A stretch of 32,000 nt of DNA, from positions 3,150,001 through 3,182,000 of the forward strand of contig NZ_CP036280.1 in assembly GCF_007748075.1 (NCBI RefSeq), in the 5' to 3' direction. Of the stretch, positions 1-8,224 are shown one piece after another (the stretch's first letter is position 1; each line of letters starts with the position of its first letter). Origin of the DNA: Mucisphaera calidilacus. Lineage in GTDB: Bacteria > Planctomycetota > Phycisphaerae > Phycisphaerales > Phycisphaeraceae. A program made the position numbers and the translations under genes. The notes below the pieces were generated by a model. The model was not told the DNA's origin, ran no database searches, and saw nothing but the letters and a program-made list of their open reading frames with translations.

Positions 1-41
1 ATGACCTAACGCAGCGCGATAAGGATTAAGCCCGCGCGATC

Positions 42-1892
42 ATGAAGACCCGTCCCCTTCCCCTGATGCTGACGGCCTTGAGCCTCGTCGTGTTGAACGT
101 CGTGGTGTGTGCTTTTTTGCTGGTGCAGGGTTACGTGCTGGCGTCGGGCGTGGTGGGTGTTCTGGCGTCGCTGGTGGTTCTGGGGATGTTTGTGTTCGCG
201 ATGGTTCGTCACCAGGACGTTCCGTGGGTGGCGACGGCGGGTCAGTACGCGAGCGGGTTGACGTTGGCGTTGGCGTGTCTGGGTGTGTGTGTGCTGATGG
301 ACTGGCCGGACGGCGTTCCGGTGGTTGTCGGTTTTTACGTGATGGGTCTGAGTTTTTTCCTGGGGGTGCGTTTGATTCGGCTGTTGCTGCGGTCGGGTCA
401 TCCGATCCTGGGCGTGGCGCGGACGCTGGTGGACGAGTCGCTTCGGATGCGTGTGCCGCTGGTGTTTCTGATTCTGATGCTGTTTCTGGTGCCGAGTCTG
501 CCGCTGGTGATGGACCCGGAGGAGCGTCTGGCGTACCGGGTGGCGAGTTTTCTGAGCTGGGCGATGCTGGCGTCGTCGGGTTTGCTGAGTCTGCTGACGG
601 TGTTTCTGGCGGTGGGGACGGTGGCGACGGAGTTTGGTCAGAAGCAGATTTACATGACGCTGACCAAGCCGGTGTCGCGTTGGCAGTATCTGCTGGGCAA
701 GTGGCTGGGGATCGTGCTGCTGAACGTGTTGCTGGTGGGGATTTCGGGTGCGGGGATTTACACGTTCACGCGTCTGATTGCGAGTCAGCCGGCGTTGGAT
801 GGTCGTGACCGGATGGCGGTGGATGCTCAGGTGCTGGCGTCGCGGGTGGCGATCGGTCCTGAGATGTCGAGTCCGGAGGCGGTGCAGAATCAGGTGAGGC
901 GTCAGCTGCTTCGTTTGCAGGCGGAGGACCCGGCGGCGTATGGGGATCCGGTGGACCCGAATGACGGGGAGGCGTTGCAGCGTGCGTTGGATCGTTTGTC
1001 GCCTGAGGCGGTGAATCGGATCCGGACGATCGTGATTGGGGAGTGGTTGTCGATCGGTCCGCGGAGCAGCCGTGTGTATCGGTTTACGGATCTGCTGGAC
1101 GCGCGGGCGTTGGGGGGGAACATCCAGTTCCGCGTGGAGCCGAACGGTCGCGGGCCGACGCCTGGGGGCATGGTGGAGCTGCGTATGCGGCTGAACCAGC
1201 GGCCTTATTTCAGTTCGGTGTTCCCGGACGGCCGTATCCGTCTTTCGGAGGAGACGTTTCACGTTCTGGATCTTCCGGTGGAGGCGATCGACGATTCGGG
1301 TGTGCTTGAGATCGAGTTGATCAACAACCTGGAGGGTCAGGCGTCGGTGAGTTTCAGCCCGGCGGACGGGATGCAGCTGCTTTACCGGGTGGACACGTTC
1401 GAGAACAATTTTCTGCGTGCGATGTTGTTGTTGTGGACGCGTCTGGCGTTTACCGCGATGGCGTCGCTGGCGGCGGCGTCGTTTCTGGGGTTCCCGGTGG
1501 CGTGTCTGCTGGCGTTGCTGATTTATTTTGGTGCGGCGACCTCGGCGTTTCTGAATGAGGCGTTGGTGTGGTTCTCGGACAAGCCGCCTGCGGACGCGGG
1601 CGTGGTGGAGGTGCTGCTTTGGTACCCGGCGGTGATCGTGGCGAAGCTGTCGGAGGGTGAGATTGTTGATGCGATCAAGATCGTGATCCGAGCGATCGGT
1701 CTGATGTTTATGTCGCTGGTGCCTTCGTTCAGCGATTACACGGCGAACGAGCCGATCGCGAAGGGGTTGCACGTGGGCTGGGGTGTGGTGGGGATGGCGT
1801 TTTTGTGGGTGAGCGGGATCTGGACGGCGGTGGTGTTTGTTGCGGGTTATGTGATGCTGCGCAACCGCGAGCCTGCCGAGGTGATTGTGTGA
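42..1892 (+). CDS. Multi-pass membrane protein, ABC-2-type transporter permease-like with a large soluble insert
   Basis: 616-aa ORF with ATG at 42. Many hydrophobic helices at both ends. The segment FGQKQIYMTLTKPVSRWQYLLGKWLGIVLLNVLL resembles the conserved core of ABC-2/NosY-like permeases. G/T-ending codon usage matches other + strand genes. The family call is motif-level only. Confidence 0.6.
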   Translation: MKTRPLPLMLTALSLVVLNVVVCAFLLVQGYVLASGVVGVLASLVVLGMFVFAMVRHQDVPWVATAGQYASGLTLALACLGVCVLMDWPDGVPVVVGFYVMGLSFFLGVRLIRLLLRSGHPILGVARTLVDESLRMRVPLVFLILMLFLVPSLPLVMDPEERLAYRVASFLSWAMLASSGLLSLLTVFLAVGTVATEFGQKQIYMTLTKPVSRWQYLLGKWLGIVLLNVLLVGISGAGIYTFTRLIASQPALDGRDRMAVDAQVLASRVAIGPEMSSPEAVQNQVRRQLLRLQAEDPAAYGDPVDPNDGEALQRALDRLSPEAVNRIRTIVIGEWLSIGPRSSRVYRFTDLLDARALGGNIQFRVEPNGRGPTPGGMVELRMRLNQRPYFSSVFPDGRIRLSEETFHVLDLPVEAIDDSGVLEIELINNLEGQASVSFSPADGMQLLYRVDTFENNFLRAMLLLWTRLAFTAMASLAAASFLGFPVACLLALLIYFGAATSAFLNEALVWFSDKPPADAGVVEVLLWYPAVIVAKLSEGEIVDAIKIVIRAIGLMFMSLVPSFSDYTANEPIAKGLHVGWGVVGMAFLWVSGIWTAVVFVAGYVMLRNREPAEVIV

Positions 1893-1936
1893 TGAGAACC
1901 GTCGGGCGTTGGCCCGCGTAGTGTCTGGTTGAAACC

Positions 1937-4066
1937 ATGCGTCGAACCCGAACCATTCAGGTTGTGAGTCTGATTACCGCGGCGGCGTTGCTGGTTGGTG
2001 CGACGGCTTTGACGCCTGCGATCAACCGTCAGCGGCTGGACCTGCACCTGACGTATGACATTCAGACGGGCGACGACACGCCGGCGACGTACAGTCTGCT
2101 GGCGGCGTGTCTGGGGTCGTTCCGCGGGATTCTGGCGAACTGGGCGTGGTACCGGATCGAGATGATGAAGCGTGACGGGGACCTGTATGAGGCGAATCAG
2201 CTGGCGGGCGTGATCACGACGCTCCAGCCGCGTTTCCCGCAGGTGTGGTCGTTCCAGGCGTGGAACATGGCGTACAACATTTCGGTGATCACCAAGACGC
2301 CTCAGGAGCGTTGGGACTGGGTGAACAAGGGGATCCGGTTGTTGCGGGAGAAGGGGATCCCGAACAACCCGAAGTCGATTCGTTTGTACCATGAGCTGGC
2401 GTGGATTCTGTTCCACAAGATGGGTCAGTTCTCGGATGACATGAACTGGTATTACAAGCTTCAGTGGGCGATCGAGTGGGAGGAGTTGCTGGGTGCGCCG
2501 GGTGACGGCGCGACGTCGGAGCAGGTGGCGGAGCGGATGCGTCCGATCGCTCAGGCTGCGGATCGATACTTCATTTTTAATCGGCCGCCTCACGAGGTTC
2601 GTCTGATGCTCGAGCGGATCGCGGGTGATCACGCGGAGCTTGAGGAGACGGTGGAGGGGCTGTTTGATATCGGTTCGGTTCGTCTGCAGGAGCGTCTGGG
2701 TCGTGTTCGGGGTCAGATTCTGCGGGTGGACTCGGAGCTGGTGGATGAGTTGAACACGATTGACGGTCTGGTGGCGGACCAGGTGGAGCGTGCGGCGGTG
2801 GACCCGCTGACGCTTCTGGAGCGTGATTTTCCTGCGGTGAGTCCGGTGCTGGCGGCGATGGCGCAGAACGGTGTGGAGCCGGACACGGCGTTTCTGCGTG
2901 CGATCGGCAAGAATCTGATTTATGCGCGGTACTACACGTACGACGCCTTGGTGGAGCAGGCGAACCGCGGGCAGTTGTCGCCTGAGCGTCAGGTGGCGTT
3001 GGGTCTGATGCTGGACCGTCGTTATTTCGAGGGGTTGACGCGTGTGATCGCGTTTTTGCGGGCGCGTGCGATCTGGACGGAGTACCGGATGGACCCGCAG
3101 CACATGCTGCGTCTGATCGAGAAGTACGGGCCGATGGACTGGCGTCATCCGGCGGCGCACGCGATTTACTGGGCTTCGCTGGGCGTGGAGCGGACGCGTG
3201 TGGTGTTTGACCAGGATCGTTTTGATATTTTGAACACGGACCGCAACGTGATTCATGGTTTGCAGGTGCTGATGTTCACGGGCCGGTTGACGCATGATCC
3301 GTTCATGGGGAGTGTGGACCTGCTGCCTGACCCGCGGTTCATTCCGTCGTATGAGAAGGCGGTGTTCGAGGGTTCGGAGCGTGCGGGTGATGTGGATCTG
3401 GATCGGAAGGGCGTGATCTCGCAGTTCGAGTCGGGGTACGAGAACTTCCTGCACAAGGCGATCGAGTTCTCGTATTTCTACGGCGACGTGGAGATGGCGC
3501 AGTCGTATTACACGAAGCTGCGTGATCGGTTTGGTGACAAGCATGGCGACCGCCGGTATGAGCTGGCGCTCGACGAGTTCGTGATGGCTCAGATGGTGAT
3601 GAGCAAGGACATGCGTCAGAACGCGATTGCGTTGATTGATGCGATGATCACGCGTGGGTTGGCGGAGGGTTTGGCGAAGGGTGACGTGGAGAATTTTGCG
3701 CGACGTCTGGAGATCGCGGAGGAGATGCACCGTTGGTATCAGGGCGAGCGTGATTACGAGGTGCCGAACGCGCCGCGTCAGCGACTTCAGTTGGAGCCGT
3801 TCCCGGTGATGCTTCAGAAGAGTTACGCGGCGTACATGCGTCAGCCGACGATCCCGGTGGTGGTGAAGGCACGGACGTATGCGGCGACGCCGATGCCGTT
3901 GCGGGCGCGGACGTACGGGGGTTTTCGTGCGGTCCTGGAGGAGCAGTGCGTGGCTCAGGGTTTTGCGTTTGAGCGAGCGTTCCCGGTGCCCGAGGGTTTC
4001 GTGCCGCCTGAGGCTGTGGAGCCGGGCGCGGAGCCGGAGACGCCTGCGACGGTGGAGCGTCAGTGA
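1937..4066 (+). CDS. Hypothetical protein with N-terminal signal-anchor, large helical-repeat-like body
   Basis: 709-aa ORF starting 45 nt after the permease. The N-terminus MRRTRTIQVVSLITAAALLVGATALTPA looks like a signal or anchor. Amino-acid composition is diverse and non-degenerate (W/Y/F-rich helical segments). I recognise no family. Confidence 0.75.
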   Translation: MRRTRTIQVVSLITAAALLVGATALTPAINRQRLDLHLTYDIQTGDDTPATYSLLAACLGSFRGILANWAWYRIEMMKRDGDLYEANQLAGVITTLQPRFPQVWSFQAWNMAYNISVITKTPQERWDWVNKGIRLLREKGIPNNPKSIRLYHELAWILFHKMGQFSDDMNWYYKLQWAIEWEELLGAPGDGATSEQVAERMRPIAQAADRYFIFNRPPHEVRLMLERIAGDHAELEETVEGLFDIGSVRLQERLGRVRGQILRVDSELVDELNTIDGLVADQVERAAVDPLTLLERDFPAVSPVLAAMAQNGVEPDTAFLRAIGKNLIYARYYTYDALVEQANRGQLSPERQVALGLMLDRRYFEGLTRVIAFLRARAIWTEYRMDPQHMLRLIEKYGPMDWRHPAAHAIYWASLGVERTRVVFDQDRFDILNTDRNVIHGLQVLMFTGRLTHDPFMGSVDLLPDPRFIPSYEKAVFEGSERAGDVDLDRKGVISQFESGYENFLHKAIEFSYFYGDVEMAQSYYTKLRDRFGDKHGDRRYELALDEFVMAQMVMSKDMRQNAIALIDAMITRGLAEGLAKGDVENFARRLEIAEEMHRWYQGERDYEVPNAPRQRLQLEPFPVMLQKSYAAYMRQPTIPVVVKARTYAATPMPLRARTYGGFRAVLEEQCVAQGFAFERAFPVPEGFVPPEAVEPGAEPETPATVERQ

Positions 4067-4069
4067 GGG

Positions 4070-4984
4070 TCAGCGTCGGGGGAGGGTGATCAGGCCGAGG
4101 GTGATGAGGGGGAGTGTGGCGGGGGTGGGGATCTGGTGTGAGCCGAAGTGGTTGGCGAGGATGGAGAGGTCGAGGAGGTCAACGGTCTGGTCGCCGTTGA
4201 AGTCGCCTTGGGGGAAGCCGAGAATAGGTGCTTCGAGTTCACCGTTTACCAGCAATTTGGGCGGCAGATTGAAGTGGCTGGCCAGGACGGACAAGTCGAG
4301 AGAGTCAACGCTGTCGTCGTAGTTCGCGTCGCCGGGGAGGAGGGGGAAGCCGGTGGTGTTGTCTGGGGTGATGATGTCCTGAGTCACCAGGTTCTCGTAG
4401 GCAGACGCGAATATGGAAGAATACCGTCCTGCATCATCGAGATACTGGATGCTGCAGGGCCCGCGTACCGAGGCGTCGAGAGCGCATAATTCGATGCCTG
4501 TCGCCAGGTAGTCTGCGGGGTCCTCGTTCTGCGAACCGACGAGATTCGGGCTCACACGTCCTGTGCCCACGAACTCGGAGCCTTCGATCCATCTCCCCGT
4601 TGCGGTGCCGTTGAGCCAGCTGACTGCGGCTTCCGAGAAGGGTTCAAACTCCGGCAGGATCATGGCGGCGGGTACATGTCTGAGATGCTGGATCGGAAAG
4701 ATCAGTTCGTTGTCGAGATTGGCGACGGAGACGAGGTAAAGGGATGTGCTTGGGCTTGCGTAGTTGTACAGGACTGAGGTTTCATGTGTGGTGAATGTGT
4801 TTCCGTCGCCGAAGTCGTAGGTGATGGGCAGGCTGGGGCTGACGGGTTGGTCGCCGATGCCGACGCGGACGATCTGGTTGATCGGGTCGATCACCTCGAA
4901 GGTGATGGCGGCGTAGCTGGCGTTGGTGGCGGCAGCGGTCACGGCTGCGGCAATCAGCTTTGTGTAGCGTGAGTTGGGTGGCAA
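4070..4984 (-). CDS. Secreted protein with two dockerin-like (EF-hand type) repeats and a PEP-CTERM-like C-terminal sorting signal
   Basis: N-terminal signal-like KLIAAAVTAAATNASYA. Repeats GDANYDDSVDSLDLSVLASHF and GDFNGDQTVDLLDLSILANHF. C-terminus IPTPATLPLITLGLITLPRR (P-x-P motif, hydrophobic helix, basic tail). Confidence 0.8.
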   Translation of the reverse strand: MPPNSRYTKLIAAAVTAAATNASYAAITFEVIDPINQIVRVGIGDQPVSPSLPITYDFGDGNTFTTHETSVLYNYASPSTSLYLVSVANLDNELIFPIQHLRHVPAAMILPEFEPFSEAAVSWLNGTATGRWIEGSEFVGTGRVSPNLVGSQNEDPADYLATGIELCALDASVRGPCSIQYLDDAGRYSSIFASAYENLVTQDIITPDNTTGFPLLPGDANYDDSVDSLDLSVLASHFNLPPKLLVNGELEAPILGFPQGDFNGDQTVDLLDLSILANHFGSHQIPTPATLPLITLGLITLPRR

Positions 4985-5066
4985 CGTGTCGCTCCACGGC
5001 GGGTCGTCTGAGCGGTTGTGGCAATCCTGACAGCTTGGTTGAGTTTAAAGAATGGTTTGGTTAAGA

Positions 5067-5089
5067 CAATCCCCTAAATTTAGGGATTG
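5067..5089. repeat. Near-perfect 23-bp inverted repeat CAATCCCCTAAAT/ATTTAGGGATTG (one extra C in the left arm)
   Basis: Read directly. It lies in the AT-richer 316-bp spacer (4985-5300), upstream of the minus-strand gene starting at 4984 and downstream of the rhomboid stop at 5301. There is no loop, so it looks more like a dimeric protein-binding site than a terminator. Confidence 0.55.
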
Positions 5090-5300
5090 TGATGTGACTG
5101 AGCCCGAGTGTGATGGGGTAAGGCTTAAGCGTGTGCCATGCAAGCACTAATCATGATGTACATGTAATGCTTGTGCGGTGTTTTGACTGAAATCAAACAG
5201 ATGGAGTCGTTCGACTGGCCTTCGGCTTCGCTGGGATTGAAAGGCGCGGGACAGAACCTGACCTTGGGCTGGACAGGGGCTCGAGCGGGGCCGAGGGGGG

Positions 5301-6446
5301 TTAGTCGAGGTCTTTGAGGGTGCGTTGTGCGAGGGTTTGTTCGTCGCCTTTGAGTCGCGGTTCGGCGGCGGCGAGGAGTTCTTTGGCGCGTTGGGGTTGG
5401 CTGAGGTATCGGGCGTAGAGGAGTCCGAGGAGGAGCTGGACCTGGGCGCGGTCGTGGTAGGTGTTGTAGGCGGTGAGGAAGTTTTCGTAGGCGCGTGCGG
5501 CGGCGTCGTGTCGCTGATCGCTCATGAGCTGGTTGGCGACGTCGAGTTGTGCGTCGATGGCGAGGGTTTGTTTTTCGTCGACGGTGAGGAGGTCGGTGTA
5601 TCGGAGCGCGGCCTGGTGGAGGTCGCCTCGGCTCATGGCGCTGGCGATGTTCTCGCGGATGGTCTGTGCGCGTTGTTGTTGTTCGGAGAGGGGTTGTTGG
5701 GTGTCTTTGGTTTCGGTTTTTTGTGCTTCCCAGGGCTGGTAGCCTGAGCGTGCGAGTTTTCGGAATTCGGATCGTCGTCGTTTCTGGGCGATGAGTGCGA
5801 GCATGTCGTAGGGCTCGCGTTTGAGGAGTCTGGTCATGAGCAGTGCCATGGAGATGACGAAGCCGTAGAAGTAACCGGCGATGTGTGCCATGTAGGCGAC
5901 CTCGCCGATGCCGTTGAGCTGGAAGAGGATGTCCTGTGCGACGCGGAAGAGGATGAGTGCCATGCCCGAGACCTCGAAGGTCCCGATGATGACGAGGATG
6001 TAGAGGATGGTGACGGTGCTCTGGGGGAAGAGCGCGAGGTAGGCGCCGGTGACGGCGGCGACGGACCCGGAGGCGCCGAGGACGGGTGCGGTGTCGGTGA
6101 GGGTGTGTCCGAGTCCGGCGATGACGCCGCCTGAGAGGTAGAAGAAGAGGTAGGCGATTTTGCCGAGTCGGTCTTCGACGAGGTTGCCGAAGACGTAGAG
6201 GAAGACCATGTTGCCGGTGAGGTGGAGCCAGTCGGCGTGGAGGAACTGGTAGGTGATGAATTGCGAGAGACGGGCGGATTCGGGCCAGAGGAAGAACTGG
6301 GCGACGAATCGGTAGGGTTCGGTGTCGACGGCCTGTTGGAGTTGTGTGCCTGTGAGGAGGAAGGCGAGGACGGAGAGACCGATCAGGGTGTAGTTGACGA
6401 CGGGTGTGCGTCGTTGGGGTCGGTCGGTTTTGAGTGGTAGGAGCAT
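5301..6446 (-). CDS. Rhomboid-family intramembrane serine protease with C-terminal TPR-like cytoplasmic domain
   Basis: Motifs HADWLHLTGNMVFLYVFG (HxxxxHxxxN), GASGSVAAVTGAY (GxSG catalytic Ser) and HIAGYFYGF (catalytic His). The C-terminal ~150 aa are helical-repeat-like. Confidence 0.88.
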   Translation of the reverse strand: MLLPLKTDRPQRRTPVVNYTLIGLSVLAFLLTGTQLQQAVDTEPYRFVAQFFLWPESARLSQFITYQFLHADWLHLTGNMVFLYVFGNLVEDRLGKIAYLFFYLSGGVIAGLGHTLTDTAPVLGASGSVAAVTGAYLALFPQSTVTILYILVIIGTFEVSGMALILFRVAQDILFQLNGIGEVAYMAHIAGYFYGFVISMALLMTRLLKREPYDMLALIAQKRRRSEFRKLARSGYQPWEAQKTETKDTQQPLSEQQQRAQTIRENIASAMSRGDLHQAALRYTDLLTVDEKQTLAIDAQLDVANQLMSDQRHDAAARAYENFLTAYNTYHDRAQVQLLLGLLYARYLSQPQRAKELLAAAEPRLKGDEQTLAQRTLKDLD

Positions 6447-6503
6447 GCTCGGCCCGGTTTACGGGAGGTTGTTGATACCCGGAGGATACCGATCAGAGCG
6501 TGT

Positions 6504-7160
6504 TCAGGGGCTGTCGGCCTCGGCGAAAAGGGCGACGGAGTAGGCGGTGCCGGGCTGAGCGTCGAGTTGGATCTCGATGGGTTTGCCGGCGGGCGCGGGG
6601 AGTTGTGCTTCCCAGTGTGTGGGGTTGTCGCCTGGCTGTTGGGGTCGGATGACGACGTAGGCGGGTTTGCGGATGGCGTTGAGTTGCGTGATGGCTTCCT
6701 GGGGGAGCAGGAGGACGAATCGTCCCTGGTCTTCGATGACTTTGGCTTCGCCGACCCATGCGGGCTGTGTGCTGGGGTGGTAGGCGACGGCGGAGTTCCA
6801 CGCCTCGACGATGATGCGTGTCGGTGGTTTTTCGTGGGGGAAGGTGGTGACGAACATGGCACCGGCGCAGAGGATGGCGACGCCGAGGGAGAGGCCGAGG
6901 TAGCCGAGGAATCGTCGTCGTCGGGGGTTTGCGGTGGCGGCGACGGTGGCGGACTCGGCGCGCGGGGTCACGACGGGTGAGGGCACCTGGGGGATGACGT
7001 TCTCTTTCTGCCTGAGGGTGCTGCCATCGGGCTGGGCAACGATGTGCGCGAGCTGGATGCGTGAGGCTTTGCCACACGAAGGGCAGCGTCGAGCGGCCCC
7101 GAGACGCACGAAGGGCAGAGAGAGGTCGTCCTTACAAAATGGACAGCGAACGGTGTACAT
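6504..7160 (-). CDS. Zinc-ribbon single-pass membrane protein (hypothetical)
   Basis: N-terminus MYTVRCPFCKDD...RCPSCGK (CxxC...CxxC). RRRR followed by the TM segment FLGYLGLSLGVAILCAGAMFVTTF, then a ~120-aa C-terminal domain. It sits 57 nt upstream of the rhomboid gene on the same strand. I preferred it over the overlapping 6383-6862 and 6493-7077 ORFs, which are low-complexity. Confidence 0.7.
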   Translation of the reverse strand: MYTVRCPFCKDDLSLPFVRLGAARRCPSCGKASRIQLAHIVAQPDGSTLRQKENVIPQVPSPVVTPRAESATVAATANPRRRRFLGYLGLSLGVAILCAGAMFVTTFPHEKPPTRIIVEAWNSAVAYHPSTQPAWVGEAKVIEDQGRFVLLLPQEAITQLNAIRKPAYVVIRPQQPGDNPTHWEAQLPAPAGKPIEIQLDAQPGTAYSVALFAEADSP

Positions 7161-7232
7161 CTGTCGTCAGCTTATTTCCTCGTCCGATAGTTTAACGCAT
7201 GTTTCGTGGTTCATTTCACCCAATCCTCATGA

Positions 7233-8138
7233 TTGATGAGGTTGATTAGAATCGTGGTTATGAACGAGTCGCTTTCATCGGTTTCGGATGGCTTCGCGGT
7301 GCCCGGCTACAGCCTGATCGAGGGTCCGGGCGGTTTGCCGGTGGTTTCACTGGTGAACGATCATGGTGTGGCCTCGATTGCGTTGCAGGGAGCGACGGTG
7401 TTGTCGTACCGGCCGTCGGACGAGGCAGATGTTTTGTATGTATCGGAATCAGCGGTATTTAGCGACGGACAGCCGATTCGTGGGGGGGTTCCGATCTGTT
7501 TTCCGTGGTTTGGTTCTCACGGGACGGATGCGGGCAAGCCGTCGCACGGGACGGTACGGACGCGGGCGTGGGAGCTGGTGGGTGTGCACGAGCACAACGG
7601 GGCGTTGACGGTGCGTCTGACGACGCGTGAGGGGGTGTTGGCGGTGGCGTTTGAGGTGACGCTTGGGCCTCGGTTGGGGATGTCGCTTGAGGTGGAGCAC
7701 ACGGGGCGTTCGGGTGAGTCGGAGGTGTTTGAGGCGGCGTTGCACACGTATTTGTCGGTGGGTGACGTGTCGGGGGCGACGGTGACGGGGTTGGAGCAGA
7801 CGGATTACCTGGATCAGCTGGAGGGTCGGCGTCGTTTGACGCAGGGGGATGATCCGATTGTTTTCGAGGGCGAGGTGGACCGGATTTATCTGAACACGTC
7901 GGCGACGTGCGTGCTGCACGACCCGGTTTTTGAGCGTTCGGTGGCGGTGGACAAGGATGGTTCGCGTTCGACGGTGGTGTGGAACCCGTGGATCGAGAAG
8001 GCGCGTCGTCTGGCGGATCTGCCGGATGATGCGTGGCAGCGTTTTGTGTGTATTGAGACGGGGAACATCGCGGATAACGCGGTGACGCTTCGTGCGGGCG
8101 AGCGTCATCGGATGGCGGCGGCGTTGTCGGTGCAGTGA
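7233..8138 (+). CDS. D-hexose-6-phosphate mutarotase / aldose-1-epimerase-like protein (YeaD family)
   Basis: Motif GGVPICFPWFG and the overall beta-rich pattern typical of the YeaD-type aldose epimerase family. The start is uncertain (ATG 7233 or ATG 7260). Confidence 0.75.
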   Translation: MMRLIRIVVMNESLSSVSDGFAVPGYSLIEGPGGLPVVSLVNDHGVASIALQGATVLSYRPSDEADVLYVSESAVFSDGQPIRGGVPICFPWFGSHGTDAGKPSHGTVRTRAWELVGVHEHNGALTVRLTTREGVLAVAFEVTLGPRLGMSLEVEHTGRSGESEVFEAALHTYLSVGDVSGATVTGLEQTDYLDQLEGRRRLTQGDDPIVFEGEVDRIYLNTSATCVLHDPVFERSVAVDKDGSRSTVVWNPWIEKARRLADLPDDAWQRFVCIETGNIADNAVTLRAGERHRMAAALSVQ

Positions 8139-8224
8139 TGGTTTAGACTGGTTGGGTTGCGTCTGTGTGCGTGTGCGTGGTGCCGGGGCGGCCGCGTGGG
8201 TTTCCTGATTGAGAAGGATGGATT

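Noticed and set aside
6-1772. A 588-aa minus-strand ORF antisense to the permease gene. Similar long antisense or overlapping ORFs: 1847-3730, 7449-8108, 8105-9613, 9109-10470, 10680-12374, 14004-14630, 14711-15718, 15985-16791, 15999-16991, 20376-22052, 22130-22813, 22934-24187, 24448-24993, 25023-26156, 26474-27421, 27021-27947 and 29744-30931.
   Set aside because: Their translations are degenerate Arg/His/Pro/Gln/Thr (or Gly/Val/Arg) low-complexity strings with no motifs. Each is antisense or out of frame to an ORF with clear family motifs. The stop-poor, strongly skewed high-GC sequence generates such shadow ORFs by chance.
4985-5300. Possible tRNA or sRNA in the AT-rich 316-bp spacer (a GTTCGA-containing stretch near 5205-5215; a small palindrome ATGTACAT).
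   Set aside because: I could not build a cloverleaf: there is no acceptor/T-arm pairing and no GGTTCGAATCC-type T-loop context. There is also no clear promoter-terminator pair, so I cannot support an RNA gene by eye.
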